Part shown: positions 23,744 to 34,700 of the stretch, in pieces
Numbering within the stretch: the stretch's first letter is position 1
Layout of the letters: every line of letters starts with the position of its first letter
From: Alphaproteobacteria bacterium
GTDB taxonomy: Bacteria; Pseudomonadota; Alphaproteobacteria; UBA2966
DNA: 64,000 bases
Assembly: GCA_964291395.2 (NCBI GenBank)
Contig: OZ219856.1
Span: 1,728,001 to 1,792,000, forward strand
Direction: 5' to 3'
The notes under the pieces: model-generated
Seen by the model: the letters and a program-made list of their open reading frames with translations, nothing else
What the model was told of the DNA's origin: nothing
Database searches by the model: none
Position numbers and translations under genes: made by a program

Positions 23744-24604
23744 ATGCCCGAAGAGGAACTGGAACCGCTGCTCCGCCGAGTCGCCGAGGCGCTCGAACGC
23801 GTCTCGCCGCGACCGCCGGAAGCGATCGAGTTCGACAACGCCGAGGCGTACACATGGCACGCCGAAAGCCATCGCCTGGAACCGGTCGCCAAGGTCAATC
23901 GCGTGGACCTGAAGCTGCTCAAAGGCATCGACTCCGTCCGGGATACCTTGCTGGAGAATACCCGGCGTTTCGCCGCTGGCCTGCCAGCCAACAACGCCCT
24001 GCTCTGGGGCGCCCGCGGCATGGGCAAGAGCTCATTGGTCAAGGCCGTCCACGCGACGGTGAACGCCGACAACGGCGGCAAGCTGATCCTGGTAGAGATT
24101 CACCGCGAGGACATACCATCTCTCCCCGATCTGTTGAAATTGCTGGCGGGCGTGGACCGGCGGTGCATTCTGTTTTGCGACGACCTGTCCTTCGACGGCC
24201 AGGATGCCAGCTTCAAGTCTCTCAAGGCCGTCCTGGAAGGCGGTCTAGAGGGACGGCCCGGCAGCGTGATATTCTACGCGACCTCCAATCGTCGGCACCT
24301 CATGCCGCGTGAGATGATCGAGAACGAGCGCTCCACGGCGATCAATCCAGCCGAAGCGGTCGAGGAAAAAGTGTCGCTTTCAGATCGGTTCGGGTTGTGG
24401 CTCGGCTTCCATACGTGCAGCCAGGACGAATTCCTCGCCATGGTGCATGGCTATGTCGCGCACTACGGAATTCCCGCGGACGAGAAATCGCTGCGCGCCG
24501 AAGCCATCGAATGGTCAGTCACTCGGGGAGCCCGTTCAGGCCGTGTCGCCTGGCAGTTCGTGCAGGATCTGGCCGGCCGACTGGGGATCAGGCTGAACGG
24601 GTAG
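23744..24604 (+). CDS. DUF815 family AAA+ ATP-binding protein
   Basis: LWGARGMGKSSLVKA, FCDDLSF, YATSNRRHL, EEKVSLSDRFGL. Confidence 0.92.
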   Translation: MPEEELEPLLRRVAEALERVSPRPPEAIEFDNAEAYTWHAESHRLEPVAKVNRVDLKLLKGIDSVRDTLLENTRRFAAGLPANNALLWGARGMGKSSLVKAVHATVNADNGGKLILVEIHREDIPSLPDLLKLLAGVDRRCILFCDDLSFDGQDASFKSLKAVLEGGLEGRPGSVIFYATSNRRHLMPREMIENERSTAINPAEAVEEKVSLSDRFGLWLGFHTCSQDEFLAMVHGYVAHYGIPADEKSLRAEAIEWSVTRGARSGRVAWQFVQDLAGRLGIRLNG

Positions 24605-25546
24605 CGAGGTGAGCCGAGGCAAATAGCGGGTCGGGTCGACCGTTCGCGTCCCCTTCCGGATTTCGAAGTGAAGCTGCGGTGACCTGACGTTCCCCGTTTG
24701 GCCGACGCGGCTGACGACCTGACCGCGCCTCACGACATCTCCGCGCCCGACCAACAACGCTTCATTGTGCGCGTAGGCCGTGATCCAGCCGCCCGCGTGA
24801 CGGATCAGGAGAAGGTTTCCGAGTCCGCGTAATTCGCTGCCCGCGTAGGCAACGATGCCGTTGTCCGCCGCACGCACGGGCTGACCACGAGCGGCGGCGA
24901 TGTTGACGCCATCGTTGTAACGTCCGCCTCCCTTGGCACCATAGCCATCCAGGATGCGTCCTTCGACGGGCCACGCAAACAGGGAGCCGCCCCGTGGCGG
25001 CAGGGGCTTGCCCACTCCGCGTGCGGTCCGCCTCGCGCCGACCGAAGATGTTGCTTCCACGTTTGGGGGTGGTGCGGTCAGCCGCGCCGTAGCCGGGAGC
25101 CGTAGTTGCTGGCTTAGACGTATCGTATAGGGCGCCTTCAATCCGTTGAGCCGGACCAAGCTCGCCATATCGACACCGTAGCGCCGGGATATCCTGTAAA
25201 TCGTGTCGCCCCTTTGAACCGTATGCCGCTTGGTGGAGGGAACTCTCAGTCCTTTTCCGGGCGACAGCGTGAACGGTGCCTTCAGATCGTTCGCGGAGAT
25301 GATGGTCCGAACCGGGACGCCGGTACGGCGGGCAATCCCCCAGACCGTGTCACCCTTCTGTACGATGAGGTCGGCAATCCGGCCGGGGACGGACACGGTA
25401 CCCGAGGAACGCTGATCCTTGGGTTGGAAACCGATCACCCCCTTGTTCTCCACGGGTGCGGGCGTCGACCGTGCGCAAGCGGCCACGGCAAGGATCAGGC
25501 TCAAGATCCAAAGGCCTCTGAGACTGAGAACGCGTGGCGGCATCAT
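24536..25546 (-). CDS. nlpD: LysM/M23 peptidase-family lipoprotein, NlpD-like
   Basis: Lipobox VAAC, two LysM repeats, M23 domain with AYAHN and PQLHFEIRKG. Start approximate. Confidence 0.88.
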   Translation of the reverse strand: MMPPRVLSLRGLWILSLILAVAACARSTPAPVENKGVIGFQPKDQRSSGTVSVPGRIADLIVQKGDTVWGIARRTGVPVRTIISANDLKAPFTLSPGKGLRVPSTKRHTVQRGDTIYRISRRYGVDMASLVRLNGLKAPYTIRLSQQLRLPATARLTAPPPNVEATSSVGARRTARGVGKPLPPRGGSLFAWPVEGRILDGYGAKGGGRYNDGVNIAAARGQPVRAADNGIVAYAGSELRGLGNLLLIRHAGGWITAYAHNEALLVGRGDVVRRGQVVSRVGQTGNVRSPQLHFEIRKGTRTVDPTRYLPRLTSLPVQPDPQSAGQILHELPGDTA

Positions 25547-25565
25547 CCGATCCGATGAGGTCCCC

Positions 25566-25656
25566 AGAGCAGTGCCGGTTCGACTGGAACCGCTACAGCA
25601 TTCCTGGCCGCTCACGGCGGCGGACCTTCGGTCCACACCAATGGAACCGGTGCCAG
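25566..25656 (+). repeat. Dispersed palindromic repeat (MITE-like), copy 1
   Basis: 25578-25626 aligns ungapped with 36126-36174 at 39/49 identities (manual count). Confidence 0.7.
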
Positions 25657-25819
25657 GGGGATCGGCTGTCAGAGCCAGACGAACAACAAATGAGGGGTCT
25701 GACACCCATTCCCAATCCCCTTGGATGCAATGTTGCGCAACCAACCCCGGTTTACAACAACCCCCGGATCTCCGCGGCGCTGACCGGCTCCGGCCCAAAG
25801 CGCCGAATCCGGCCCCGTT

Positions 25820-28147
25820 TCAGGCATTCGGCTCCTGAAGAGCGCGCCAAACACGCTGCGGTGTCGCCGGCATATCGAAGTTGCTGATTCCCCGCTCCGA
25901 CAAGGCATCCGAAACGGCGCTGAAGACCGCCGGCAGGGCGCCGACGGCACCCGCCTCGCCCACGCCCTTGACGCCCATCGGATTGGCGGCCGTCGGCACA
26001 TCGTTGTGTTCGATTTCCATGTTGGGAATATCGTCCGCCCGAGGCATGCAATAGTCCATAAACGACCCGGTGAGAAGTTGTCCCGATCCCTCGTCGTAGA
26101 CGATTTGTTCCACGACCACCTGCCCCAGCCCCTGCGACACGCCGCCGTGGACCTGTCCCTGAACGAGAGGCGGATTGATCGCCCGCCCGACGTCGTCGAC
26201 CACGTGATAGGTCAACACCTCCACGGCGCCCGTCTCCGGGTCGATCTCTACCTCGCAGACATGGCAGCCATTCGGATAAGTCGATGCCGGGGGAACGTGA
26301 GTCCGGACAGCACCGAGGCCGGGTTCCATGCCGCTCGGCAGCGCACCGAGCGCGTATGCCGTGCGGGCGACCTCTCCGATTCCCAACTCCCGGTCCGTAC
26401 CTGCCACCCGAAAGGTTCCGTCATCGAATTCGATGTCGTCGACTGCCGTCTCCAAGACGTGGGCCGCAATCCGCTTACCCTTTTCGATGATGATGTCTGC
26501 CGCCTCTTTCAGCGCCGCACCACCCACACAGGACGAACGCGAGCCGAAGGTACCCCGGGCTCGCGCGACGACGTCGGTGTCCGCGGCGATGATGCGGACA
26601 TCCTCCAGCGGCAGCCCCAGGAACTCATTGATGTATTGGGAATACATCGTTTCGTGTCCCTGGCCCTGCGCATCGGTGCCCACGAGGACCGTGGCCGTCC
26701 CATCGGGGTGCAATCTGATCTCCATGGTTTCGTCAACGCCGCCGGGACCGGCCATTTCGATGCAGTTGGCAAGCCCGAAACCACGCAAACGACCGCGGCT
26801 GCGGGACGCCGCCCGACGCGCCGCAAACCCCGCGTGGTCGGAGATCTCAAGGACCCGGATCATGTTTTTCTCGAACTCGCCGCTGTCGTAGTTGAACGTG
26901 AGCGGCGTTTGATAGGGAAAGACGTCCGGCGCAATCATGTTCCGGCGCCGGAGTTCGACTCGGTTCAACCCCAGTTCCCGAGCCGCGACATCGATCACGC
27001 GTTCGACCGCGAATCCGGCTTCGGGACGCCCGGCACCACGATAGGGGCCCGTATTCATGGTATTCGTGTAGACGCCGACGACGTCGGTGTAGATGTGTGG
27101 TGTCGCGTAAACGCCCGCGAGACCGCCGAGGTTGTTGGTACCGCAGTGCGGTCCGTAAATCGACAAATAGGCGCCGAGATTGACGAGCGTCGAGACATGA
27201 AGCGCGAGGAAACGGCCGTTGGCGTCGAGAGCGAGCCTCGCCGTCGACACGTTGTCCCGGGCTTGGGCGTCGCCGAGAAGGCTTTCGCTGCGCGTGCCGG
27301 TCCAGCGGACCGGTCGGCCCACTTTCCGGGCGGCCCACAACACCTGGACGTTCTCGGGGTGCACCATGCCCTTCATGCCGAAACTGCCGCCCACGTCGGT
27401 TGCGACGATCCGCAACCGGTGTTCAGGAACCTTCAGCACACTGCCGCAGATGATGCTCCGAACCGTATGCGGATGCTGAACATTGCTGTAGAGCGTCCAG
27501 CGCCCGTCGCGCCTATCGAACCGCCCTATGGCCACTCTGGGCTCCATCGGGTTCGCCGTGATGCGGGAAATCACAAACTCCGTCTCCACGACATGCGCTG
27601 CCGTGTCGAACGCAGCCTTGACCGCGTTCTCGTCTCCGAGTTCAAAAAAGAAGGCATTGTTATCCGGCGCTTCATCCCAAATCACGGGCGCCCCGGGGGC
27701 GACGGCAGCAGCGGTGCCGGTGACGAAGGGCAGGTCTTCGTACTCGACGACGATGAGATCGGCGGCTTCGGCAGCGGCCTCGACGCTTTCGGCCACAACC
27801 AGGGCGACACCTTCACCGACGTAACGGACGCGCCCTACGGCCAGAATGGTGTGGGGCGGCACGAACATCGGCGAGCCATCACGCTTGTTTCGCGGCACGG
27901 TGTTGGGGATGGTGCCGAGACCGTCGGCCACGGCGTCGGCGCCGGTCAGGACGGTTAGAACACCTGGGTACGCCCGGGCCGTGGACGTGTCGATACCGAG
28001 GATATTCGCGTGGGGCCGTGGCGAGCGGAGCACGTATGCATAGGCCTCGTTCGTGAAACGCATGTCGTCGACGAATTCGCCTTCGCCCCGCAAAAGACGC
28101 GGATCTTCCAACCGCGAGACGGGCTGGCCAATGCCAAACTCACCCAA
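25820..28147 (-). CDS. Xanthine dehydrogenase family molybdopterin-binding subunit (CoxL form II-like)
   Basis: R.EDPRLLRGEG, VGGSFGMKG, PYRGAGRP, GQGHET, TFGSRS, GQVHGG, KGVGEAG. TTG start 28147 after a GGAGGG RBS. Confidence 0.92.
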   Translation of the reverse strand: MGEFGIGQPVSRLEDPRLLRGEGEFVDDMRFTNEAYAYVLRSPRPHANILGIDTSTARAYPGVLTVLTGADAVADGLGTIPNTVPRNKRDGSPMFVPPHTILAVGRVRYVGEGVALVVAESVEAAAEAADLIVVEYEDLPFVTGTAAAVAPGAPVIWDEAPDNNAFFFELGDENAVKAAFDTAAHVVETEFVISRITANPMEPRVAIGRFDRRDGRWTLYSNVQHPHTVRSIICGSVLKVPEHRLRIVATDVGGSFGMKGMVHPENVQVLWAARKVGRPVRWTGTRSESLLGDAQARDNVSTARLALDANGRFLALHVSTLVNLGAYLSIYGPHCGTNNLGGLAGVYATPHIYTDVVGVYTNTMNTGPYRGAGRPEAGFAVERVIDVAARELGLNRVELRRRNMIAPDVFPYQTPLTFNYDSGEFEKNMIRVLEISDHAGFAARRAASRSRGRLRGFGLANCIEMAGPGGVDETMEIRLHPDGTATVLVGTDAQGQGHETMYSQYINEFLGLPLEDVRIIAADTDVVARARGTFGSRSSCVGGAALKEAADIIIEKGKRIAAHVLETAVDDIEFDDGTFRVAGTDRELGIGEVARTAYALGALPSGMEPGLGAVRTHVPPASTYPNGCHVCEVEIDPETGAVEVLTYHVVDDVGRAINPPLVQGQVHGGVSQGLGQVVVEQIVYDEGSGQLLTGSFMDYCMPRADDIPNMEIEHNDVPTAANPMGVKGVGEAGAVGALPAVFSAVSDALSERGISNFDMPATPQRVWRALQEPNA

Positions 28148-28267
28148 GTGTTCCCTCCACCGTATGGCCGTGCCGGCGCAGTCTATGGGCCCGCCCACAC
28201 CGCCTCAACCGGGGTGTACATTTTGGCCATGAGCCGCATCGCCGGACTCGCGTCGGAAGGGACCAGA

Positions 28268-28909
28268 TCAAATTGTTTCCGCGACCCCCTCGACGAGGGG
28301 TACGAATCGTACAGGAAGCAGCCGATCGGAGGAGTACCCCTCCTCGCTTCGGCAAATCCGGATGACGTCCTGGTTTGCGCCGCTCTGGCCGACAGGGATG
28401 ACCATTACGCCGCCGACCGCTAGCTGTTCCTTCAACGCTTCGGGGACCTCCGGTGCGGCAGCGGTTACGATAATCCGCTCGAAGGGCGCCTGTTCGGGCC
28501 ACCCCCGATGACCGTCGCCGAACTTGGTGACGATGTTGTGGAGGCCAAGCTTCCAGAACCGCTCCTCTGCCTGGCGCAGCAGCGAGCGATAGCGCTCGAC
28601 GGTATAGACCCGCCGGCAGAGTTTCGAAAGGATCGCGGCCTGGTATCCCGACCCCGTCCCGATCTCGAGCACACGCATCCGCGGGCCGAGCTCCAGGGCG
28701 CGCGTCATGAACGCAACGACATACGGTTGGCTGATGGTTTGTCCCTGCTCGATCGGAAGCGCCGTATTCTCGTAGGCTTGGTCGCTGAAGTTGGAGAGCA
28801 CGAATTCCTCGCGGGGAATGCGCTCCAATGCCGACAGCACGCCGGTGTCGGTGATTCCCGACTGACGCAATTCCATGATCAGCCGGATTTTTCGCGTGTC
28901 GTCCGTCAC
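28268..28909 (-). CDS. pcm: Protein-L-isoaspartate O-methyltransferase
   Basis: GQTISQPY, VLEIGTGSGYQAA, APFERIIVTAA, VRFVPL. Confidence 0.96.
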   Translation of the reverse strand: MTDDTRKIRLIMELRQSGITDTGVLSALERIPREEFVLSNFSDQAYENTALPIEQGQTISQPYVVAFMTRALELGPRMRVLEIGTGSGYQAAILSKLCRRVYTVERYRSLLRQAEERFWKLGLHNIVTKFGDGHRGWPEQAPFERIIVTAAAPEVPEALKEQLAVGGVMVIPVGQSGANQDVIRICRSEEGYSSDRLLPVRFVPLVEGVAETI

Positions 28910-29715
28910 TTCAGTGCTTGTTCGAGGGCTTGTCTCGTGCGCCGGTGGGTGAGATCGATCTGCAGGGGGGTCACCGAGATGCCGCCACGCGCGACGACCG
29001 CCAGATCAGATCTGGGATGGACCTCCCCCTTGTGACGACGGAACCCGATCCAATAATACGGCACGTTTCGGGCGTCGACGCGCTCGTCGATGAAGATATT
29101 GGCCGCATCACGCTGTCCCTGTCGCGTCACCGCAAGTTCCTTCACGCCCGCCGACACGACGTCGGGGAAATTCACATTGATGAACACGCCCGTCGGCCAC
29201 CCCTCCTTCAGCAACCGGCGCAGCAGTTTGGGCGCATGGTGCTCGGCCGTGCGCCATTTGACGGGGTGTGGGCTCATGTACCCCTGACTCAGCGCGACGG
29301 ACGGGATGCCCAGAAGCGTCCCTTCCATCGCCGCCGCCACGGTTCCGGAGTAGGTGACATCCTCGCCGAGGTTGGTGCCTCGATTGACTCCCGAAATCAG
29401 CAGATCGGGCGCCTTCTGACCTTTGAGAATCTGGTCGAGGGCCATGATGACGCAATCCGTCGGAGTCCCACGCACGGCGTACCGCCGCCTCGACAATCTG
29501 CGCACGCGCAACGGTTCATGAAGCGTGAGCGAGTGGGAAGCGCCGCTCTGCTCGAATTCGGGCGCGACGACCCAGACATCGGACGTCAGCGCCCGGGCGA
29601 TCCTCTCCGCCACCCTGAGGCCAGGCGCGTTGATCCCGTCGTCGTTGGACACGAGGATGCGGAGCTTGCGGGACTGGTCCCGCTCAGTCCGCGGCACGGA
29701 TAACCTCGCGACCAC
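28906..29715 (-). CDS. surE: 5'/3'-nucleotidase SurE
   Basis: [39 protein letters not shown]. Confidence 0.97.
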   Translation of the reverse strand: MVARLSVPRTERDQSRKLRILVSNDDGINAPGLRVAERIARALTSDVWVVAPEFEQSGASHSLTLHEPLRVRRLSRRRYAVRGTPTDCVIMALDQILKGQKAPDLLISGVNRGTNLGEDVTYSGTVAAAMEGTLLGIPSVALSQGYMSPHPVKWRTAEHHAPKLLRRLLKEGWPTGVFINVNFPDVVSAGVKELAVTRQGQRDAANIFIDERVDARNVPYYWIGFRRHKGEVHPRSDLAVVARGGISVTPLQIDLTHRRTRQALEQALK

Positions 29716-30964
29716 CCATATAGGGGCGCAGGGCCTCGGGGATGACGACGCTGCCGTCCGAGCGCTGATAGTTCTCGAGCACCGCGATCAGGGTGCGTCC
29801 GACGGCCAGGCCCGACCCGTTGAGGGTGTGCACGAAGCGCGTCCCCTTGGATTCACCCTTGGGGCGAAACCGTGCCTGCATGCGCCGCGCCTGGAAGTCT
29901 CCGCAATTGGAGCAGCTCGAGATCTCCCGGTAGGTGTCTTGTCCGGGTAACCAAACTTCGATGTCGTATGTCTTACGCGCCGAGAACCCCATGTCTCCGC
30001 AACTGAGCACGACGACGCGATAGGCGAGCCCCAGCCGCTGCAATATTATCTCCGCGCACTTGGTCATGAACTCGAGCTCGTCATCGGAGTAATCGGGATG
30101 GGCGATCGTAACCATCTCGACCTTGGTGAACTCGTGCTGGCGGATCATGCCACGCGTGTCCTTGCCCGCCGCACCAGCCTCGGAGCGATAGCACGACGTG
30201 TAGGCGGTGCGCCGGATGGGCAGGTCGTCCTCGGCGAGAATACGTCCGCACACGAGGTTGGTCAGCGGGACTTCGGCCGTCGGGATCAACCAGTAACCGT
30301 CATCGGTGTGGAACAGGTCCTCCGCGAATTTGGGCAGCTGGCCCGTGCCATAGGCCGCCGCGTCGCGTACCAAGCTCGGTGGCTTGGTCTCCTGATATCC
30401 AAATTCCTCGGTTTGGATGTCCAGCATGAAGTTGGTGAGGCCCCGTTCGAGACGCGCCAAGCCATCCTTGAGGACCACGAAGCGCGCGCCCGAGATGCGC
30501 GCCGCAGACTCGAAATCCATCATGTCGAGGGCCTCGCCGATGTCGACATGGTCCCGCGCATTGAAATCGAACCTAGGCAGCTCGCCAACCCGCCGTACCT
30601 CCAGATTCGCCGTTTCGTCGAGACCGTCGGGCACATCGTCTGCCGGCAAGTTTGGCAACGGCGACAGCAGCTCCTCGATCTCGGCGCTCAGTCGGCGCTC
30701 CTCTTGCTCTCCGTTGCGGATGAGGTCCTTGAGCTCGCCAACTTTCGCGACCAACCCGTCCGCACCCTCGCCACGCCCCTTGGCAGCGCCAATCTCCTTG
30801 GATACCTGGTTGCGCCGGTTCTTGGCTACCTGGACCTGCGTCTGCACCGCCCGGTATCGCGCATCGACGTCGAGCACGTTCGCCGCCGCGGCCTCGAGGC
30901 CGCGGCGCGCGAGTCCCGCGTCGAACGCCTCCGCGTTTTCGCGAATCCACTTGATATCGTGCAT
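29684..30964 (-). CDS. serS: Serine-tRNA ligase
   Basis: [47 protein letters not shown]. Confidence 0.98.
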   Translation of the reverse strand: MHDIKWIRENAEAFDAGLARRGLEAAAANVLDVDARYRAVQTQVQVAKNRRNQVSKEIGAAKGRGEGADGLVAKVGELKDLIRNGEQEERRLSAEIEELLSPLPNLPADDVPDGLDETANLEVRRVGELPRFDFNARDHVDIGEALDMMDFESAARISGARFVVLKDGLARLERGLTNFMLDIQTEEFGYQETKPPSLVRDAAAYGTGQLPKFAEDLFHTDDGYWLIPTAEVPLTNLVCGRILAEDDLPIRRTAYTSCYRSEAGAAGKDTRGMIRQHEFTKVEMVTIAHPDYSDDELEFMTKCAEIILQRLGLAYRVVVLSCGDMGFSARKTYDIEVWLPGQDTYREISSCSNCGDFQARRMQARFRPKGESKGTRFVHTLNGSGLAVGRTLIAVLENYQRSDGSVVIPEALRPYMGGREVIRAAD

Positions 30965-31147
30965 GGAACGAGTGTGTCGGCCTGCTACCGGTTAAACGCG
31001 CGCCTCTTATACGTCCGCTGTCGGCGCGGCGTCCAGCAAACGTCGGCAGGTCCCGGACTCCACCCGAATTTCCTTGCTATCGCCTGACGGGCCCGACACA
31101 TTGAGCGCAGTCGAGGATGTTCGATGGTTTCGCCGGAGGCTCTGATC

Positions 31148-32041
31148 ATGCCACGACGCCAAGCGCTGCATTGGGGAAATCCGCCGGCGGGGACCTACAG
31201 CGCGCCGGTTTACCTGGGACTTCAGCGCGGCATGTTCGGACCGCCCGACCTCGCACTCGAGGCTCACGACAATGTCAACGGCGCCGAATACACGAAGGCG
31301 CTACTGGCCGGCAAGTTCGACATGGGTCACATGGGAACGCCGCCCCTCTTCGCCGCTCTCGCCGCAACGGATGAATACGTAATCGTCGGGCAAGGCGTCG
31401 TGCGCTACCCCTGCTTCTGGGTCGTGGCACCAGCGGAGATCTCATCCTTCGGCGATCTCGTTGGCAAAACCATTGGACTGAACCGTCGGCAGACCTGCTC
31501 CCACAGCATCATTCGCACGCTCCTCGGCTGGGAAGGACTCGACGAATCGGCAGTTCATCTGGAAATCCTCGAAAACTACACGCGCATCACAGACGAGATC
31601 GGGTCCGGAGACCTCGCGGCGGCGGTGCTGTGCGAACCCCACGTCAGCTACGCGGAGCGCGCCCACGGATGGCGGGTGTTAGTCGAGGGCCGCGAGGTGA
31701 TCGATCCCTCGAACTTCGGTATCTGCGTCTACGCACGCCGGCGGTTGCTGGAAAGCGAGCCCGAGCTGGTCGCGCACCTGGTGCGGGACTACGCACGCTG
31801 CGTCCGGTACGCGATGGACCACATGGACGAGGCCGCCGAGGTTCTGGACGGGAAATTCCCGGGATTTCTCGCGGAAGACATCGAACGTGCTATCCGGCGG
31901 GATACACCCAATTGGACCTCCGACACGACCGTCGACGAGGCATTCCTGTCGGTGGTCGTAGCGGAACTGAAGGAGCAGTCCGTGGTTCCGAGCGACTTCG
32001 CGCTGGGTGCGGAAATCATGTGCACGGATTTGATCGCCTGA
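31148..32041 (+). CDS. SsuA/NMT1(THI5)-like binding-protein fold, no evident signal peptide
   Basis: ALLAGKFDMG, DLVGKTIG and AAVLCEPHVS patterns of NitT/TauT binding proteins; GGAGG RBS before ATG 31148. Confidence 0.75.
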   Translation: MPRRQALHWGNPPAGTYSAPVYLGLQRGMFGPPDLALEAHDNVNGAEYTKALLAGKFDMGHMGTPPLFAALAATDEYVIVGQGVVRYPCFWVVAPAEISSFGDLVGKTIGLNRRQTCSHSIIRTLLGWEGLDESAVHLEILENYTRITDEIGSGDLAAAVLCEPHVSYAERAHGWRVLVEGREVIDPSNFGICVYARRRLLESEPELVAHLVRDYARCVRYAMDHMDEAAEVLDGKFPGFLAEDIERAIRRDTPNWTSDTTVDEAFLSVVVAELKEQSVVPSDFALGAEIMCTDLIA

Positions 32042-32068
32042 GGCCGTTCGGATTCCAAGGAGATATCG

Positions 32069-33262
32069 ATGCGGAGCGCATACGGTCTGGAAATTCCGGC
32101 AGAAGACCCCGAACTGACGCACGTCGGACCGGGTACGCCCTGCGGAGAGCTGATGCGGCGTTTCTGGCAGCCCATCTGCCTCTCGGAGGACCTGAAAGAC
32201 GTGCCGAAGCGGGTGCGCATCCTGGGCGAAGACTTGGTGGCATTCCGGGATGGAAACGGGCGCCCAGGTCTGCTGTTCTTCCGTTGCAGCCATCGGGGCG
32301 TATCCCTCGAGTACGGCCGTATCGAGCCCGAGGGCATCCGCTGCTGCTATCACGGATGGCTCTACGACGTCGAAGGCAACTGCCTCGAGATGCCGCTCGA
32401 GCCGGCCGACAGCACGCAGAAAGAGCGCATCCAGCAGCCCGGCTATCCGGTGCAGGAGTTCGGCGGCCTCCTCTTCGCCTACATGGGGCCGACGGATAAG
32501 GTCCCCGAGTTTCCCAAGTACGACGTCCTGGTGCATGACGGCGGGACGCTCAACGCCTGGATCGGCCCACGGGTCGGCGGCGCATCCGAGTGCAACTGGC
32601 TCCAGAGCCAGGAAAACATCATGGACATCTTGCACGTCTATTGGCTGCACATGCGTCACGGAGAGCCGCAGTTTCCCTCGGAAATTTATGCCGCCATGCC
32701 GACACGACTCGACTACGAGGAGATCGACCTCGGCATGCGAGCCGTCATGGCCTACCCCCTGCCCGATGGGCGTGAATTCGAGATGACTTGGGAAATGCTG
32801 ATGCCCATGGCCTTCGTGCTGTGGACGGACGAACCGGACCTCGACGGGCCGGAGTCGGCAAGGCCCCGGTGCGTTTACTACTGCATCCCCATCGACGATA
32901 CCCACCAGTGGCAGGCCTGCATCTACTGGATGCCGGAAGGCGAGCACGAAATCGCCGATGCCGAGCGAATCAGGCTGTCGGCGCTCTCGCGCGAGGAAGT
33001 GGACTACGAGTACACACAGCGAAACCCGGACGACAAGGAAGCCCAGGAAGGTCAGGGACCGATCGCCATCCACGACCTGGAGAATCTCGCCACGTCGGAT
33101 CAGGGAGTCGTCATGTTCCGCAAGATCCTGAAGGAGCAGATCCAGGCGGTTCGCGAAGACCGGGACCCCAAGGGCATAATCCGCGATCCCGAACTGGCAA
33201 GCTGCGTGCCCACGACCGCAGGGATGGCGATTCGCGCGCCACGGGCCAACCGCGTCGCGTAG
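32069..33262 (+). CDS. Rieske non-heme iron oxygenase alpha subunit (phthalate 4,5-dioxygenase/LigX-like group)
   Basis: GPGTPCGELMRRFWQP, Rieske C-x-H...C-x2-H (CSHRG, CCYHGW), mononuclear iron motif ENIMDILHVYWLH. Confidence 0.92.
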   Translation: MRSAYGLEIPAEDPELTHVGPGTPCGELMRRFWQPICLSEDLKDVPKRVRILGEDLVAFRDGNGRPGLLFFRCSHRGVSLEYGRIEPEGIRCCYHGWLYDVEGNCLEMPLEPADSTQKERIQQPGYPVQEFGGLLFAYMGPTDKVPEFPKYDVLVHDGGTLNAWIGPRVGGASECNWLQSQENIMDILHVYWLHMRHGEPQFPSEIYAAMPTRLDYEEIDLGMRAVMAYPLPDGREFEMTWEMLMPMAFVLWTDEPDLDGPESARPRCVYYCIPIDDTHQWQACIYWMPEGEHEIADAERIRLSALSREEVDYEYTQRNPDDKEAQEGQGPIAIHDLENLATSDQGVVMFRKILKEQIQAVREDRDPKGIIRDPELASCVPTTAGMAIRAPRANRVA

Positions 33263-33312
33263 GGACCCACACCGGCCGCAGTGCGCCCAAAGGCGAAATG
33301 CCGGAGGGACCT

Positions 33313-34116
33313 TTAAATCGCCTCCTTGGCGGCCTCCTTCTCGTACTTTTTCTCGACCATGCGCGCACATAGAATCGAGATCTCGTAGAGCAGGACGATG
33401 GGCACGGCGAGGCTGACTTGGCTCAGCGGATCGGGCGGAGTGAGGATGGCGGCAGCAACAAATGCGAGGACGATCGCGTAGCGCCGTTTGCTCTTGAGGC
33501 CATCCGACGTGGCAAGGCCGACGCGCGCCAGAAGAGTGATCAGCACCGGCAGCTCGAAGCTGATCCCGAAGGCGAAGATGAGCCGCATCACAAGGCTCAG
33601 GTATTCACCGACCTTGGGCAGGAGCTCTATAGGAAGCGCCCCCTCGGCACCGAATTGCTGGAAGCTCGCGAAGAACTGCCAGGCCACGGGCATGACGATG
33701 TAGTAGACCATTGCCGCGCCGAGAAGGAAAAGAATGGGAGTCGCCACCAGAAACGGCAGGAAGGCCATCTTTTCGTTCCTGTAGAGGCCCGGCGCGACGA
33801 ACAGCCAGACCTGACTCGCCACCAGCGGGAACGAGAAGAACAGGGCGGCGAAGAAGGCCACCTTTATGTTGGTGAAAAATTTCTCGTGCAGGGCCGTGTA
33901 GATGAGACGACGCTCCTCTTCGCCCTCCCACAGGGCTGCCAGCGGCTCCACCAGGAAATCGAAAATCGGATTCGCGAAGTAAAAGCAGATCAGAAACGTG
34001 ATCAGCAGCGCGATCAGGGAGTGAAAGAGACGCCGGCGCAGTTCGATCAGATGATCGATCAGCGGCATGCGCCGTTCTTCGATCCGTTCCTCCTCGGCGT
34101 CCGACTCGGCCATCAT
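33313..34116 (-). CDS. tatC: Twin-arginine translocase subunit TatC
   Basis: MPLIDHLIELRRR, FVAPGLY, FELPV, LTPPD. Confidence 0.97.
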   Translation of the reverse strand: MMAESDAEEERIEERRMPLIDHLIELRRRLFHSLIALLITFLICFYFANPIFDFLVEPLAALWEGEEERRLIYTALHEKFFTNIKVAFFAALFFSFPLVASQVWLFVAPGLYRNEKMAFLPFLVATPILFLLGAAMVYYIVMPVAWQFFASFQQFGAEGALPIELLPKVGEYLSLVMRLIFAFGISFELPVLITLLARVGLATSDGLKSKRRYAIVLAFVAAAILTPPDPLSQVSLAVPIVLLYEISILCARMVEKKYEKEAAKEAI

Positions 34117-34652
34117 GTCCCCGACCGATGCTCGGCCGCGTCCTCAACCGGCGGTTCGGCGTCGTCCAACACCGCGGGCTCCGCGTCGGTCCGAGCCGCC
34201 GCATGTTTCTCGTCTCCTTCATCGAGGGCCTCCGGCACGGGATCCACGCCGCCCTCCACGGCTCCGCTTACGACGTCCGCAACCGCCTCATCCGCGGGCG
34301 GTTTCTCCCGGTCGTCGTCCGCCAAGATCGAATTCTCGACATCGCCGGAGCCCACGGGAGACGGCTCGTCGAGATCGAACGCCCCATCCATGGTGCCGGA
34401 CGGATCGACCGCGGCCTTGAACTCGTCCTCCACGTCGACCTTGCTCACCTGCTCGATCTCGTTCTTGATATCCTCGAGATCGGCTTCGCGCGCCATATCG
34501 TCGAGAGTCGACTGGAACTCCCCGGCCAAGCCACGCACCTTGCGGATCATGCCGCTCACCGTGCGCACCACGCGCGGAAGTTCCTTGGGTCCGACGACAA
34601 TGATCGTGACCACAGCGATCAGGAAGAGCTCGGGCCAGCCGATATCCAACAT
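34113..34652 (-). CDS. tatB: Twin-arginine translocase subunit TatB
   Basis: MLDIGWPEL...VGPKELP; located between tatA and tatC. Confidence 0.95.
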   Translation of the reverse strand: MLDIGWPELFLIAVVTIIVVGPKELPRVVRTVSGMIRKVRGLAGEFQSTLDDMAREADLEDIKNEIEQVSKVDVEDEFKAAVDPSGTMDGAFDLDEPSPVGSGDVENSILADDDREKPPADEAVADVVSGAVEGGVDPVPEALDEGDEKHAAARTDAEPAVLDDAEPPVEDAAEHRSGT

Positions 34653-34700
34653 CGCGCCGCACGGGAACCGCCGCGCCGGGCGAGTCCCAACCTCGCGGTT

